Origin: an uncultured Collinsella sp. | Lineage (GTDB): Bacteria; Actinomycetota; Coriobacteriia; Coriobacteriales; Coriobacteriaceae | Direction: 5' to 3' | Length of the DNA: 41,550 bases | Assembly (NCBI GenBank): GCA_958421035.1 | Contig: CATZKS010000001.1 | Coordinates: 1-41,550, forward strand | Shown: in pieces, positions 27,414 through 37,564 of the stretch | Position numbering within the stretch: position 1 is the stretch's first letter | Layout of the letters: every line of letters begins with the position of its first letter | Notes under the pieces: model-generated | What the model was told of the DNA's origin: nothing | What the model saw: the letters and a program-made list of their open reading frames with translations, nothing else | The model's database searches: none | Program-made: the position numbers and the translations under genes

Positions 27414-28544
27414 CTAGGCGCGGTGCCAGTCGGTCAGGCAGGCATCGAGGGAGGCGATGAGCGCATCCTTGTCCATGTGACGGCCGATGATGCACAGGCT
27501 CGTCATGCGGTCGCCCGTCTCGTCGTCCCAAATCTGCATGATTTCGGGGTTCTCATCGATGATCTTCTGCTTCTCGCCCTCGGGCGCCGAGTCGACAAAC
27601 AGGCCGTTCTCCATCAGGCGCATCTGGTGGCCGGCCTGCTCAAACATGTAGCACATGTCCGGATCGCCGGTCTGCCATAACGGACCCTTGACGCGAATGA
27701 CCTCGTCGGGCCACTCCTGCTCAACAAAATCGGTGAACTTCTGCAGGTCAAACGGTTTGCGGCGCGAGTAAACAAAGGTCTCGATGTCGTACTCGAGCAC
27801 CTCGGGGTCGTCGTGCTCCTCGGGATGCTCCATGGCCTCGATCCAGGCGGCGGAGTTGTAGGCGCGCATAAAGTCGAAGCGGTCGGTGTCGAGTAGCTCC
27901 TCCATAGGAACCTCTCCGTTTTGAGCCTCGACGATTACGGCGTCCTTCTGCAGGCTGCGCACAATAGCCTTGAGCTCGGCGATCTGCTCAGGGCTCACGG
28001 TATCGGTCTTGTTGAGGATCAGCGTAGAGCAGAACTCGATCTGCTGGATGAGCAAGCTCTCGATGTCGTCCTCGTCAATATCCTCTGCCAGCAGGTCGCG
28101 GCCGCCGTTGAACTCGTCATACATGCGGGCGCAATCGACTACGGCCACGATGTTGTCGAGCGCAAGTTTGGGCTCGCCGCCCACTTTGGCCTCGTCGCAG
28201 AAGCTCGAGATGGTGTAGGCGATGGGGATAGGCTCGCAAATGCCCGATGCCTCGATGATGATGTAATCGAACTTGCCCGAATCGGCGATGCCCTGCAGCT
28301 GGTTGGCCAGGTCATCCGAAAGCGTGCAGCAGATGCAGCCGTTGGTGAGCGGGATGAGGTCGTCGGTCTCGGAAAGGCCGCCGTCGGCGATAAGGCTGGC
28401 ATCGACGTTGATCTCGCCGATATCGTTGACGATCACGGCGGCGCGGATGCCGCCGTCGTTAGCGAGGATGTGGTTGAGCAGCGTGGTCTTGCCGGCACCG
28501 AGGTATCCGGTAAGCATGATGATCTTCACGGGTTTGTTGGGCAT
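27414..28544 (-). CDS. COG0523 (CobW/YciC/ZigA) G3E GTPase, putative metallochaperone
   Basis: TGYLGAGKTT, NDIGEINVD, NGCICC, IEASG, NKTD, CobW_C-like C terminus; start MPNK with AAAGGAGG. Confidence 0.92.
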   Translation of the reverse strand: MPNKPVKIIMLTGYLGAGKTTLLNHILANDGGIRAAVIVNDIGEINVDASLIADGGLSETDDLIPLTNGCICCTLSDDLANQLQGIADSGKFDYIIIEASGICEPIPIAYTISSFCDEAKVGGEPKLALDNIVAVVDCARMYDEFNGGRDLLAEDIDEDDIESLLIQQIEFCSTLILNKTDTVSPEQIAELKAIVRSLQKDAVIVEAQNGEVPMEELLDTDRFDFMRAYNSAAWIEAMEHPEEHDDPEVLEYDIETFVYSRRKPFDLQKFTDFVEQEWPDEVIRVKGPLWQTGDPDMCYMFEQAGHQMRLMENGLFVDSAPEGEKQKIIDENPEIMQIWDDETGDRMTSLCIIGRHMDKDALIASLDACLTDWHRA

Positions 28545-28630
28545 GTGCCCTCCTTTGTTAGACATGGCTTACAGTTGAATATTATGCCAAACGCCTGCTC
28601 TTATACCCACGCGCCGGCAAATAACACAAG

Positions 28631-28972
28631 CTACTCCCAGGCTCCCCATACATCGGGGCAATAACCGACGGTGGCCTTTTTGCCGTTGCGCACGATGGGC
28701 TCGGCCAAGACCTGCTGGTTCTCGAGCAGCTTGTCGAAGCGCTGACTGGGGGTGAGGTGCTGGATGAGCGCGAGCGTCTCCTCGTCCTTGGCCTTGGGGT
28801 TGAGCAGCTTGTCGATGCCGCCGACCGCCTGCATCACGCTCGTGAGCTCGCCCTTGCTCATCTCCTTTTCCTTAAGGTCAATAAACTGCACCTTAATGCG
28901 GCGCTCCTTAAAATAGCGCTGGGCCTTCTTGGTATCGAAAGACTTTTTGGTGCCAAAAATTTGCACGTTCAC
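28631..28972 (-). CDS. ArsC/Spx-family (arsenate reductase-like) protein
   Basis: QIFGTKKSFDTKKA, FIDLKEK, PIVRNGKKATVG. Confidence 0.8.
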   Translation of the reverse strand: MNVQIFGTKKSFDTKKAQRYFKERRIKVQFIDLKEKEMSKGELTSVMQAVGGIDKLLNPKAKDEETLALIQHLTPSQRFDKLLENQQVLAEPIVRNGKKATVGYCPDVWGAWE

Positions 28973-28987
28973 TTATCGGCTCCCGTT

Positions 28988-29614
28988 CTAACGAATGAAG
29001 TTGGTGCGGGCGCGATCGCCTTCGGGGGCTTTGATGCCGGTGGCCTGTCCTGCCTCGATGCAGCGAAGGAGCCAGGCCATGTTTTTGCCGATGTTTCGCA
29101 TGGTGGCCAGACCCTCGGCGTCCTGGGCGGCCTCGCCCGGCATGGCACCAAAGACGTTGTTCCAGTACGTGGAGGCCACCACGGGCATCTGGTTGATAGT
29201 GAAGTACTTGTTGAGTACATCGAAGGTGGTCGACGTGCCGCCGCGGCGGGCGACGGCGACCGCGGCACCTGGCTTGTGCGCAAAGGCCTTGCTGCCTGCA
29301 TAGAATGCGCGGTCGAGAGCCGAGAGGATGCGTCCGCTGGGATGCGCATAGTAGACGGGGGAGCCAAAGACAAAGCCATCTGCCTGCTCGGCGGCAGCGA
29401 TCAGCTCGTTCACCAAGTCGTCGTCAAAGGTACAGCGACCGCCGAGCTTGCCGCACTGGCCGCAACCGATGCAGTCGCGAATGGGCTTGGCGCCCAGCTG
29501 GAACACCTCGGTATCGATGCCCTCGGCGTTGAGTTGCTCGGCGACCTCAGCGAGTGCGCGGGCGGTATTGCCGTTTGCGTTGGGACTGCCATTGACCAAA
29601 AGAACCTTCATCAC
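28988..29614 (-). CDS. Flavodoxin-family / iron-sulfur flavoprotein
   Basis: NGSPN..GNT, CIGCGQC-x6-C, GSPVYY, RRGG. Confidence 0.88.
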   Translation of the reverse strand: MMKVLLVNGSPNANGNTARALAEVAEQLNAEGIDTEVFQLGAKPIRDCIGCGQCGKLGGRCTFDDDLVNELIAAAEQADGFVFGSPVYYAHPSGRILSALDRAFYAGSKAFAHKPGAAVAVARRGGTSTTFDVLNKYFTINQMPVVASTYWNNVFGAMPGEAAQDAEGLATMRNIGKNMAWLLRCIEAGQATGIKAPEGDRARTNFIR

Positions 29615-29685
29615 AAACTCCCTCTGCTGTTGGTGACTTCTGCAGAGGATTATCGCACGATGGGGGAGGCGGTGCGGGCGCGGTG

Positions 29686-31215
29686 CTAATCCAGTTTGGT
29701 ACCTGGCACCTGCACGGCTTTACCGAGCAACGCTTTGAGCTCGTTCAAAATGGAAACGGGCTGTCGATTGACAGCGTCCAGATGAAGCGTCGCCACACGA
29801 ATGGGCGGCTGATATTCAAGCGAGCCGATGAGCACGGGAGAACCCAGGAACCGCTCGATTTCGTCTGCGATCGCGTCGGTCTCTTCGGGATCAAAGTCAT
29901 CGAAAAGCGCCACGAATGTCGGCCCCGTCGAGCGGAACAGGCGACCCTTGCCGCGCGAGCATTCCATAAGGCAAGCGGCGCTTTCGGCGAGCACGCGGTC
30001 GCCTGCATCAAATCCAAAGCGGGCATTGACCTCGGCGATATCGTCAACCTTAATGGCAATAAAGCCTGCCTCGCGCGCCACGCGGCGCATTTCGCCAATG
30101 GCGTTGACCAGGGCGTGAATATCGCCCAGGCCCGTCACCGAGTCGGTCGTATCCGCTAGGCTTCGGTTGATGATGATGCCCACATACATGCTGGGCTCGG
30201 TATCGGTGCCGTCCAAGCGGTAACCCGTGCAGTCGCAAAGCGCGTATGCTCCGGTGGCATCCATTACGCGATACTGCATGTAGTGGAAGTGCCACGTGCC
30301 GTTTATCACCATGTCGAGCTCGGCGCGTACGTTGTCGCGGTCCTCGGGATGAACGCGGGCGAGCCACATGTCGACCGAGCTAAAAGGGTGCTGGGAGGGC
30401 AGGTCAAAATCGCGCACGGCGTTAACCGACCATTGCGATTCGCCCGTATCGAGGTTAAGGATGAACGGATAGCGCGTCTCGGAGCTCATGGAGATTGCTT
30501 GGAACACCCGGTCGTTGCAGGGAAGCTGATCGACGATTGGGCGTTGTGGTGCGTCATTGTCTTTCGGTTGCTGTACACGATGCATAAGCTTATAGCGATA
30601 CATCTTGCGATCGGCATCCATCGTCATCTGGCGACGCGTGTCGCCGGCAAGTGGATCGACGCGCGAGCAGCCAAAGCTAAAGCTGGCGATCATGGGCGCC
30701 TTGCCACCTGAGCTCGCCTCGATCAGCCCGGCACGCACCTGCTCCAAGCGCTGCTCGAGTTCAGTCTCGTTTGCGGAGAGCGAGATAAGCACAAACTCGT
30801 CTCCACCGATACGGAACAGCATCTCATTGTGCTCCATGGTTTCGGAGAGCGTGCGGCAGATGCTCAGAATATAGCGATTGCCTTCGGCGTGGCCAAACCT
30901 ATCATTGCAATGCTTGAGATGGTCGATGTCAATATAGGCGCAGGTGAAGGGATCGCCTTTGCGCCAGAGCTGCTCGACGTGACGGTCGAGTCCGCTGCGG
31001 TTGCCCAAGTTGGTGAGCGGGTCGATATAGGCGTTGCGCTCAAGCAGCTGGCGCTCTTGTTGCAGGATAGCATGCGTCTTTTGCAGTTGCTCACCAACGG
31101 CGCGTAGCTCAGCAGGCAGCGCGGCAACATCGAGTTCGGCGGTCGAGATGCCATTCGCAAGTCGCTGAAGATAGGCAATAATCGATTGCTCGCCCATGCG
31201 GTACGACTCGTTCAT
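29686..31215 (-). CDS. Diguanylate cyclase: GGDEF + PAS + degenerate GGDEF
   Basis: DPLTNLGNR, DIDHLKHCNDRFGH..G, RIGGDEF; VHPED PAS; second domain DSVTGL...RSTGPTF; start 31215 with AAGGAGG. Confidence 0.88.
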   Translation of the reverse strand: MNESYRMGEQSIIAYLQRLANGISTAELDVAALPAELRAVGEQLQKTHAILQQERQLLERNAYIDPLTNLGNRSGLDRHVEQLWRKGDPFTCAYIDIDHLKHCNDRFGHAEGNRYILSICRTLSETMEHNEMLFRIGGDEFVLISLSANETELEQRLEQVRAGLIEASSGGKAPMIASFSFGCSRVDPLAGDTRRQMTMDADRKMYRYKLMHRVQQPKDNDAPQRPIVDQLPCNDRVFQAISMSSETRYPFILNLDTGESQWSVNAVRDFDLPSQHPFSSVDMWLARVHPEDRDNVRAELDMVINGTWHFHYMQYRVMDATGAYALCDCTGYRLDGTDTEPSMYVGIIINRSLADTTDSVTGLGDIHALVNAIGEMRRVAREAGFIAIKVDDIAEVNARFGFDAGDRVLAESAACLMECSRGKGRLFRSTGPTFVALFDDFDPEETDAIADEIERFLGSPVLIGSLEYQPPIRVATLHLDAVNRQPVSILNELKALLGKAVQVPGTKLD

Positions 31216-31341
31216 GATGGATAACCTCCTTGGGGGAACAACGGTTTGTATCATATCCTCAATTCGGTTTGAACTGGGGATATAAGTTAGCTAATGGAGA
31301 CAAATGCCCCCTTCGGCGGTGGCGTTTTGCGCGCGAGCGTA

Positions 31342-34059
31342 TCAGTTGTTATTGCCACCATCGAGCAATGCCTCAAAATCCTTCGCCGGCATGGGGCGGT
31401 AGTAGAGGAAACCCTGAGCGTAGCGGGCGCCCATGTGGCGTAGCATGTTCGCCTGCTCATCCGTCTCGACGCCTTCGATTACAATGGGCAGATGGAGCAA
31501 CTGCGCCATCTCGAGCATCGATGACACGATCTGCGCGCTGCGGCCTTGATCGCGGTCGGTGGGCACAAAGGTGCGGTCGAGCTTGATGACGTCGACGTTG
31601 ACGTTCTTGAGCATCGCGAGCGTGGACTGACCGGTGCCAAAATCGTCCATATAGGTCGAGAAGCCGCGGGTGTGCAAGTCGGCTGTCAGTTTGTCCACGG
31701 CTTCGGACTCTCCCGTATAAGCCGTCTCGGTGATCTCGATGCGCATGAGCTCGGGCGGCAGGTTGTATTGGGCGGCGAGCGATCCCATATGCTCGGCAAC
31801 GTCGCAGGCAAGAATGTCCACGCGAGACACATTAAGCGAGACCGGAACCACGCGAAGACCGCGATCGAGACGCTCGCGAAGCCATATGGCGACACCCTGC
31901 CAAATGTACTTGTCGAGCGTCACCACAAAGCCGCTTTCCTCGAGTGCAGGGATAAACGTTGCGGGCGAAATGAGAGAGCCGTCCTTGTCAATCCAGCGCG
32001 TAAGTGCCTCGGCGCCAATGATTTCGCCGGTTTCCATATCGACCTGGGGCTGCAGGTAGTACGTGATGCGGCCATTTGAGAGCGCGTACTGGAACTCGGT
32101 CAGCGTGCGGTGGAACGCAATCTCGTGTTCATATTCTTCGGGGCGGAAAATAGCAATGCGCTCCTTGAAGTCGTTTTTGGCGCGTCGATTGGTAAACATG
32201 GCCTTTGCCTGCGCATCGATGGTGATCTCCTCATTGGAGTCGATGGGGTAAATGCCCATGGACGGCCAAAAACCTACGCCGTCATCATGCCTGGCTACTG
32301 CCTCGCGAACGCGGTTGTAGATTTGATGGACGGTGATGTGCTTAAAGGGGATGAGTACGCAAAAGTCATCTTGGCCCCAGTACCCTGCGACGCCCATATC
32401 GGCATTCTCGATGTCCTTGAGGACCGTGCCCACATCGGCGAGTACGCGGTCGCCCTCGGCCTGGCCGTGCCATTCATTAAACAGGCGCATGTGACCCATG
32501 TCGACGGTGGCGATGCACCAGGTGTCGTCGCGCCTTGCCTCGAGAAATGCGTTGGCGCGCCGCATAAACTCGCTGGGTCGATAGAGGCCCGTGAGCGAGT
32601 CGATACGTTCGGCGATGGCGCTTTTGCGCTCCGCCTCGGGTATGGGGAGGCTGTCGTTGGGAACAAGCCCGCCGGCCGTGCGAAGGCGACGGTCGAGTTC
32701 GCCTAAAACGGCGGTCGCTTGATGGGTTAACTGCTCGTAAAAGGCCGGGACGACAAGGCAGACGGGAGTAATGGTGTCGCCCGCGATTTGAACAGGAGCG
32801 AAAACAGCCTCTTTAAGGTGGCGGGTCAGTTGCTCGAATGCCTCATGGTCCAAATCGTTGCTGAGCACGACGAACTGGACGCTTCGTGAACGGAAGACCC
32901 GGCTTCTGCCGCGGGTGATCGACAGCATGCGGCCTGCGTATTCGGCAAGCATGTTGTCGACAGCCTCGGCCCCGTAGAGCTCGTTGAGATTCGCCGTGCC
33001 ACGAATGCGCACCGCTATAAGCCCCGTCTCGCAGCTGTCGCGACGGCAGGCATCGATAGCGTTGACCAGCATGCGCTGCGTTCCGAGGCCTGTGGCGGCG
33101 TCGACGGTTTCGGCAAGCGAGTGGTTGACGAGTTCGCCGACATAGAGCGAGGGGACATTTCCGTCGCCGTCGATGCGAAACCCGCGAGCACGGCAGAGAA
33201 CGTAGTCACCCGCGGCATTGCGCATGCGGTACTGCATGACGCGGCGGTGTTTGGAGCCGTTAAAGATCTGGTTGATGTCGTTGGCGTAGGCCTCGAGGTC
33301 ATCGGGATGGACGCGCGTCTTCCAGAAATCGCGGCAGCTGTCTATGTGCTCCGAAGGAAGACCGAGATCGCGCAAGGCACCTTGCGACCAAAGGGTGCGG
33401 TCCTTGTCCAAGTTCTCGATAAAGAAATAACGGCCCTCGTTGAGCATCGAAAAAGCGTCGAAAATACGATCGCTTATTTCGAAGTCGTCGGCGTGGACTT
33501 GCGTAATATTGCGCCGATCGAGGTGCATGGCATGACGTAGCTTGTAGTCGTACATGCGATGGTCGGCATCGAGTGTCATGCGATTGGAGGCTTCGCCCAG
33601 GGCGGGGTCGGCGTGTGCCACTCCGTAGCTAAACGAATGGGGCATCTCGGAATCGTTGTTTTTGAGCAGGATCGTTCGGCAGTGTTCCAGACGTTCGGCG
33701 AGGTCGTCCTCGGTCGCAATCGTAGATAGGATGGCAAACTCGTCGCCTCCCAGACGAAATGCCGCCTCGTCTACCTTCATATACAGCTTGAGATAAAGGC
33801 TTACCTGCAAGATATAGCGGTTGCCCTCGTCATGCCCAAAGACGTCGTTGCAGTGCTTGAGATTGTCGATATCGATGAATGCCATGGTAACGGGGGCGTC
33901 CTGCTCCCAGAGCTCCTCGAGGGAACGGGCAAAGCCGCCACGGTTGCCAAGCCCGGTAAGCTGGTCGGTAAAGGCGGTCCTGATCAGATCCTCCTGACGC
34001 TCGAGAAGGTCACGGACGGTCTTTTCGAGCGTTTCGGTGTAATTGCTGACAGTATCCAT
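31342..34059 (-). CDS. GGDEF-PAS-(degenerate GGDEF)x2-EAL c-di-GMP signalling protein
   Basis: RLGGDEF; VHPDD PAS; RSRSVQF and WGQDDF degenerate domains; YLQPQ, EALTRW, EITE, DDFGTG, KLDR, EGVE, QGF. Confidence 0.92.
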   Translation of the reverse strand: MDTVSNYTETLEKTVRDLLERQEDLIRTAFTDQLTGLGNRGGFARSLEELWEQDAPVTMAFIDIDNLKHCNDVFGHDEGNRYILQVSLYLKLYMKVDEAAFRLGGDEFAILSTIATEDDLAERLEHCRTILLKNNDSEMPHSFSYGVAHADPALGEASNRMTLDADHRMYDYKLRHAMHLDRRNITQVHADDFEISDRIFDAFSMLNEGRYFFIENLDKDRTLWSQGALRDLGLPSEHIDSCRDFWKTRVHPDDLEAYANDINQIFNGSKHRRVMQYRMRNAAGDYVLCRARGFRIDGDGNVPSLYVGELVNHSLAETVDAATGLGTQRMLVNAIDACRRDSCETGLIAVRIRGTANLNELYGAEAVDNMLAEYAGRMLSITRGRSRVFRSRSVQFVVLSNDLDHEAFEQLTRHLKEAVFAPVQIAGDTITPVCLVVPAFYEQLTHQATAVLGELDRRLRTAGGLVPNDSLPIPEAERKSAIAERIDSLTGLYRPSEFMRRANAFLEARRDDTWCIATVDMGHMRLFNEWHGQAEGDRVLADVGTVLKDIENADMGVAGYWGQDDFCVLIPFKHITVHQIYNRVREAVARHDDGVGFWPSMGIYPIDSNEEITIDAQAKAMFTNRRAKNDFKERIAIFRPEEYEHEIAFHRTLTEFQYALSNGRITYYLQPQVDMETGEIIGAEALTRWIDKDGSLISPATFIPALEESGFVVTLDKYIWQGVAIWLRERLDRGLRVVPVSLNVSRVDILACDVAEHMGSLAAQYNLPPELMRIEITETAYTGESEAVDKLTADLHTRGFSTYMDDFGTGQSTLAMLKNVNVDVIKLDRTFVPTDRDQGRSAQIVSSMLEMAQLLHLPIVIEGVETDEQANMLRHMGARYAQGFLYYRPMPAKDFEALLDGGNNN

Positions 34060-34382
34060 GTTCTAAGCGGCTTTCTGAAGTCGGGGCGGATTGCGTCGGG
34101 CGAGCTCGTTGTGTACACGCGTCGTTGCTCAGCGTTTTGCGTGTATCCAGGCCCCGCCTTGCTGCGTTGTTGGGTTACTTTGCCGGCTAATGTTCGCTGT
34201 TGATAACTGCTGAGTAGTATAAACAACAGTACAAAATTATATAGGGGTGCACATGCTGTGGGTGGCTATTATTTGACAAACGGCAGCGCGATGATGCGAT
34301 GCTTGATAAAAATGCGACTGGGGCGGTATATGTTGACGGGTATACTTGTTCCGTTTGAATTTGTGGGGATGGAGATGGTCGC

Positions 34383-35252
34383 ATGGCACAGTCAACTATG
34401 ACGCGCACGGTGGGGCTCGCGCTCGAGGGAGGCGGCTACCGCGGTATGTATACGGCGGGCGTGCTCGACGTTTGGATGGAGCACGGTTTGACCTGCGACC
34501 ATATGGTGGGCGTCTCGGCGGGCGCGGCGTTTGGCTACAATTTTAAATCGCGCCAGATCGGCCGTGCCATTCGCTATAACAAGGCCTATTGTGCCGACAA
34601 GCGCTATGCGGGTGTAGCAAGCTGGCTGCGGACCGGCGACATGTTCAATGCCGATTTTGCCTATCATGAGGTGCCCATCGAGCGCGATCCCATTGACTTG
34701 GAGGCGTATCGCGCCTGTCCCATGCGGTTTACGTGCGTGTGCACCGATATCGAGACGGGCAAGGCCGTCTACCATGACCTGCCTTATGGCGACGAGCGGG
34801 ATATCGAGTGGATCCGGGCATCGTCGGCGATTCCTGTGGCGACGCGTCCCGTTGCTATTGACGGGCATAAGTATCTGGATGGTGGCGTGGCTGATTCTAT
34901 TCCCAGTGCATGGCTGTTTGCGCAGGGGTATGACCGCAATATTGTGGTACTCACGCAGCCGGCGGGCTTTGTGAAGCAGCCCAACAGCGTGATGCCCATG
35001 CTGCGTCGCGTGTTCCGTCACTATCCGGAGTTTGTCGCATCGCTTGAGCATCGGCATGAGGTCTACAATGCCACGCTCGATGACCTGGCACGTCGCGAGG
35101 CTGCCGGCGAAATCTTTGTGGTGCGGCCGAGCGAATCGGTGAAGGTGCCGTCGCTATGCCGCGAGCCCGATGAGCTCGAGCGCATCTACCAGGTCGGTCG
35201 CCACGATGCGGAGTCGTCTTTGTCCGCGTTGGAAGTGTATCTGGCGGGGTAG
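34383..35252 (+). CDS. Patatin-like phospholipase family protein
   Basis: LEGGGYRG, GVSAG nucleophile elbow, DGG. Confidence 0.9.
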   Translation: MAQSTMTRTVGLALEGGGYRGMYTAGVLDVWMEHGLTCDHMVGVSAGAAFGYNFKSRQIGRAIRYNKAYCADKRYAGVASWLRTGDMFNADFAYHEVPIERDPIDLEAYRACPMRFTCVCTDIETGKAVYHDLPYGDERDIEWIRASSAIPVATRPVAIDGHKYLDGGVADSIPSAWLFAQGYDRNIVVLTQPAGFVKQPNSVMPMLRRVFRHYPEFVASLEHRHEVYNATLDDLARREAAGEIFVVRPSESVKVPSLCREPDELERIYQVGRHDAESSLSALEVYLAG

Positions 35253-35272
35253 GGCAAACTGCCGTGGACTCG

Positions 35273-35322
35273 GCGGAAAACGCATCCCGGAATGGAAGTC
35301 CAAACTGGGATGCGCTTTCCGC
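35273..35322. terminator. Hairpin between convergent patatin and thiE genes
   Basis: GCGGAAAACGCATCCC...GGGATGCGCTTTCCGC. Confidence 0.55.
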
Positions 35323-35364
35323 TATTGAAGATATGAGGCTGCGAATCGGCTGCTCGGCTTGAGT

Positions 35365-36060
35365 CTATGCCTGCTGCCAGGTATCGACGAGCTCCTTGGC
35401 GGCGGCGTGGGGGTCGTCGGCGCTGCAGACGGCGCTCACCACAAAGAAGCCATCGACGCCGGTGGCCTTGAGCTGCGGCAGGTCGGCCGTCTTGACGCCG
35501 CCGCCCACCACGATGGGCACGGGGCTTGCCGCGTGGAGGGCGGCCAGGTCCTCAAAGCTCTTGGTGATGATAGAGCCGTCGGCCGCGCGTCCGCAATCGC
35601 GTTTGGTCTCGGTCTCGTGGAGTGGGCCGATGCCCAGGTAGTCGACTAGGCTCATGTCGGCGGTCTTGACGTACTCGAGCATCTCCTCACAGCGGGCCGA
35701 AAGTCCCACGATGGCATCGGGGCCCAGCAACTTGCGACAGACCTCGACGGGAATATCGCTCTGACCCACGTGCACGCCGTCGACAGCAATACCCTGTTCG
35801 CGCGCGGCGAGTACGCAGTCCAGGCGGTCGTCGATTAACAGGGCGACCTGACCGGTCTTGCCGGCCTGTGCGATTGCCTGCGCGGCGTCGCCGGTAAGCG
35901 CGATGATCTCGCGGGCGCTTGCCACCTTGGAGCGCACCTGGATGCAGGTAAAGCCTGCGTCGAGCGCCTGAGCCACCACATCGCCCACGGGACGCCCGAG
36001 CGTGTTTTCGGGGCCGAGTACCAGATAGGCCGAGATATCAAGGTTGTCGCGGATACTCAT
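35365..36060 (-). CDS. thiE: Thiamine phosphate synthase
   Basis: QVRSK, LLIDDR, DGVHVGQSD, IVGLS, DYLGIGP...TETK; in TPP-controlled operon. Confidence 0.92.
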   Translation of the reverse strand: MSIRDNLDISAYLVLGPENTLGRPVGDVVAQALDAGFTCIQVRSKVASAREIIALTGDAAQAIAQAGKTGQVALLIDDRLDCVLAAREQGIAVDGVHVGQSDIPVEVCRKLLGPDAIVGLSARCEEMLEYVKTADMSLVDYLGIGPLHETETKRDCGRAADGSIITKSFEDLAALHAASPVPIVVGGGVKTADLPQLKATGVDGFFVVSAVCSADDPHAAAKELVDTWQQA

Positions 36061-36398
36061 CGTGCTTCCTCCTGCTTTTTGATCTGCGCTTCCATGCGCT
36101 CAAGCTTGCCGGTCATGGTGTCAGTAAATCCGGGTCGAATATCGGCTTTGAGCACGACTTCGGTGCGGATGCCCTTGCTCGCCAACACAAAGGTTGCGTC
36201 GCGCACGACCTGCATGACCTCGTCCCAGTCGCCCTCGATCTCGGTGAACATCGAGGTGGTGCGGTTGGGAAGGCCGCTCTCGCGAATGACGCGCACGACC
36301 TCGGCGACCTCGGCGGACAGCTCGTCGCCGGTGCCGCACGGGGCGATGGCCACGGCGACGAGCGTGTTCATGCCGGCATTGGTTACGGGCTCGGACAT
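36057..36398 (-). CDS. MTH1187/YkoF-type thiamine-binding protein
   Basis: VAIAP...LSAEVAEV, SMFTEIEGDWDEV, LKADIR; between thiM and thiE. Confidence 0.85.
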   Translation of the reverse strand: MSEPVTNAGMNTLVAVAIAPCGTGDELSAEVAEVVRVIRESGLPNRTTSMFTEIEGDWDEVMQVVRDATFVLASKGIRTEVVLKADIRPGFTDTMTGKLERMEAQIKKQEEAR

Positions 36399-36401
36399 GG
36401 C

Positions 36402-37241
36402 TTATGCCTCCTCGAGCTCGAGTTGGTTATTGGCAATGTCCTGGGCGGTTGCGCGGTAGAGCTCGTCGATAAAGGCGACCTTAAAGCTTGCCGGGGCATC
36501 GGCGACAGCGGCGGCACGCGTGCCGGCAACGTTGTAGACGGCGGCGCCGCAGATGGCTGCCGTAAACGGGTCGGCGGCACAGGCGTACACGGCCAGCACG
36601 CCGCCCTGCGAGCAGCCGCAGCCGGTGATCTTGGACATGAGCGGGCTGCCGCCGTGGGACTTGGCCACCGTCGTGCCGTCGGTGATCAGGTCGACTTCGC
36701 CCGAGACCACTACGGCGCCGCCGGTGTAGCGGGCGAGCGCCACGGCGGCGTCGCGGGCGGCGTCGACCGTGTCGGTGGTATCGACACCGCGCACGCGGCT
36801 CAGATCAGCCGCCTCGCCCTCAAGGCCCCACAGGCCGGCGAGCGCGATAATCTCGGAGGCGTTGCCGCGCACGATGGCGGGCTTGTACTGCTTGAGCTCG
36901 TTTACCAGCTGGGTGCGCAGGCTACCGATGCCCAGACCCACCGGATCGAGCACCCAGGGCTTGCCGGCGTCGTGTGCCGCCTTGGCCGCGCGGGGAATCG
37001 TCTGCTCGTAGATGGGGAAGAGCGTGCCCATGTTGAGATAGATGGCGCCGCCGCCGGCAACGAGCGCCTCGCCCTCGTCGGGCAGATAGACCATGGCGGC
37101 CGAACCGCCCACGGCGAGCTGCGCGTTGGCGACAAAGTCGATCGTCACCGTGTTGGTGATGGAGCCGGCCATCGGATTGGTGGCGCGAATCTCCTCCACG
37201 GCCTTGACCATATGTTGCTTAAGCTGTTCCGAATCAATCAC
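36402..37241 (-). CDS. thiM: Hydroxyethylthiazole kinase
   Basis: ITNTV, ANAQLAVGGS, NMGTL, WVLDPVG, RGNASEI, ITGCGC; GTG start at 37241 with AAGGAGG. Confidence 0.93.
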   Translation of the reverse strand: MIDSEQLKQHMVKAVEEIRATNPMAGSITNTVTIDFVANAQLAVGGSAAMVYLPDEGEALVAGGGAIYLNMGTLFPIYEQTIPRAAKAAHDAGKPWVLDPVGLGIGSLRTQLVNELKQYKPAIVRGNASEIIALAGLWGLEGEAADLSRVRGVDTTDTVDAARDAAVALARYTGGAVVVSGEVDLITDGTTVAKSHGGSPLMSKITGCGCSQGGVLAVYACAADPFTAAICGAAVYNVAGTRAAAVADAPASFKVAFIDELYRATAQDIANNQLELEEA

Positions 37242-37263
37242 TGCACATGCCTCCTTGGCATAG

Positions 37264-37294
37264 AAAAGGGGCGCTGTGCATAGACAGCGCCCCT
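37264..37294 (-). terminator. Expression-platform terminator of the TPP riboswitch
   Basis: Minus strand AGGGGCGCTGT...ACAGCGCCCCTTTT between the aptamer and the thiM RBS. Confidence 0.75.
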
Positions 37295-37304
37295 GCAAAG
37301 GCGG

Positions 37305-37399
37305 CATGCTCCCTACGCCAGCATTAACTGACAGGTTCAAAGGATTGGGCCCTATGCTCTCTCAGCCTTGTGGTTTGCACCGCCGGCACTCCCGCATCG
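37305..37399 (-). ncRNA. TPP riboswitch (THI element)
   Basis: Minus strand GGGAGTGC...GGCTGAGA...CCTTTGAACCTG..AGTTAATGCTGGCGTAGGGAG upstream of thiM. Confidence 0.93.
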
Positions 37400-37424
37400 A
37401 ATCTGTTGTTCCCTATACTAACGC

Positions 37425-37526
37425 ACCTGCCAAAAAGGGACAGGTTTATTTTGGTAGGGGGCAACTGGGGCGTTGCATTTTCCCAGATAAAACCTGCCAA
37501 AATAAACCTGTCCCTTATTGGCAGGT
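37425..37526. repeat. Inverted doublet of the GGGACAGG REP-like palindrome (copies 2 and 3)
   Basis: 37425-37458 direct copy and 37482-37526 inverted copy of the 18120-18164 element. Confidence 0.85.
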
Positions 37527-37564
37527 CGTTACAATGGTTACGGTGAAAATGACTGGGGGATTCT

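Noticed and set aside
28545..28630. Zur box upstream of the COG0523 gene
   Set aside because: AT-rich, but no convincing Zur-type palindrome
31216..31341. c-di-GMP riboswitch near the GGDEF/EAL genes (also checked 34060-34380 and 18661-19060)
   Set aside because: No GEMM-type two-hairpin consensus recognised
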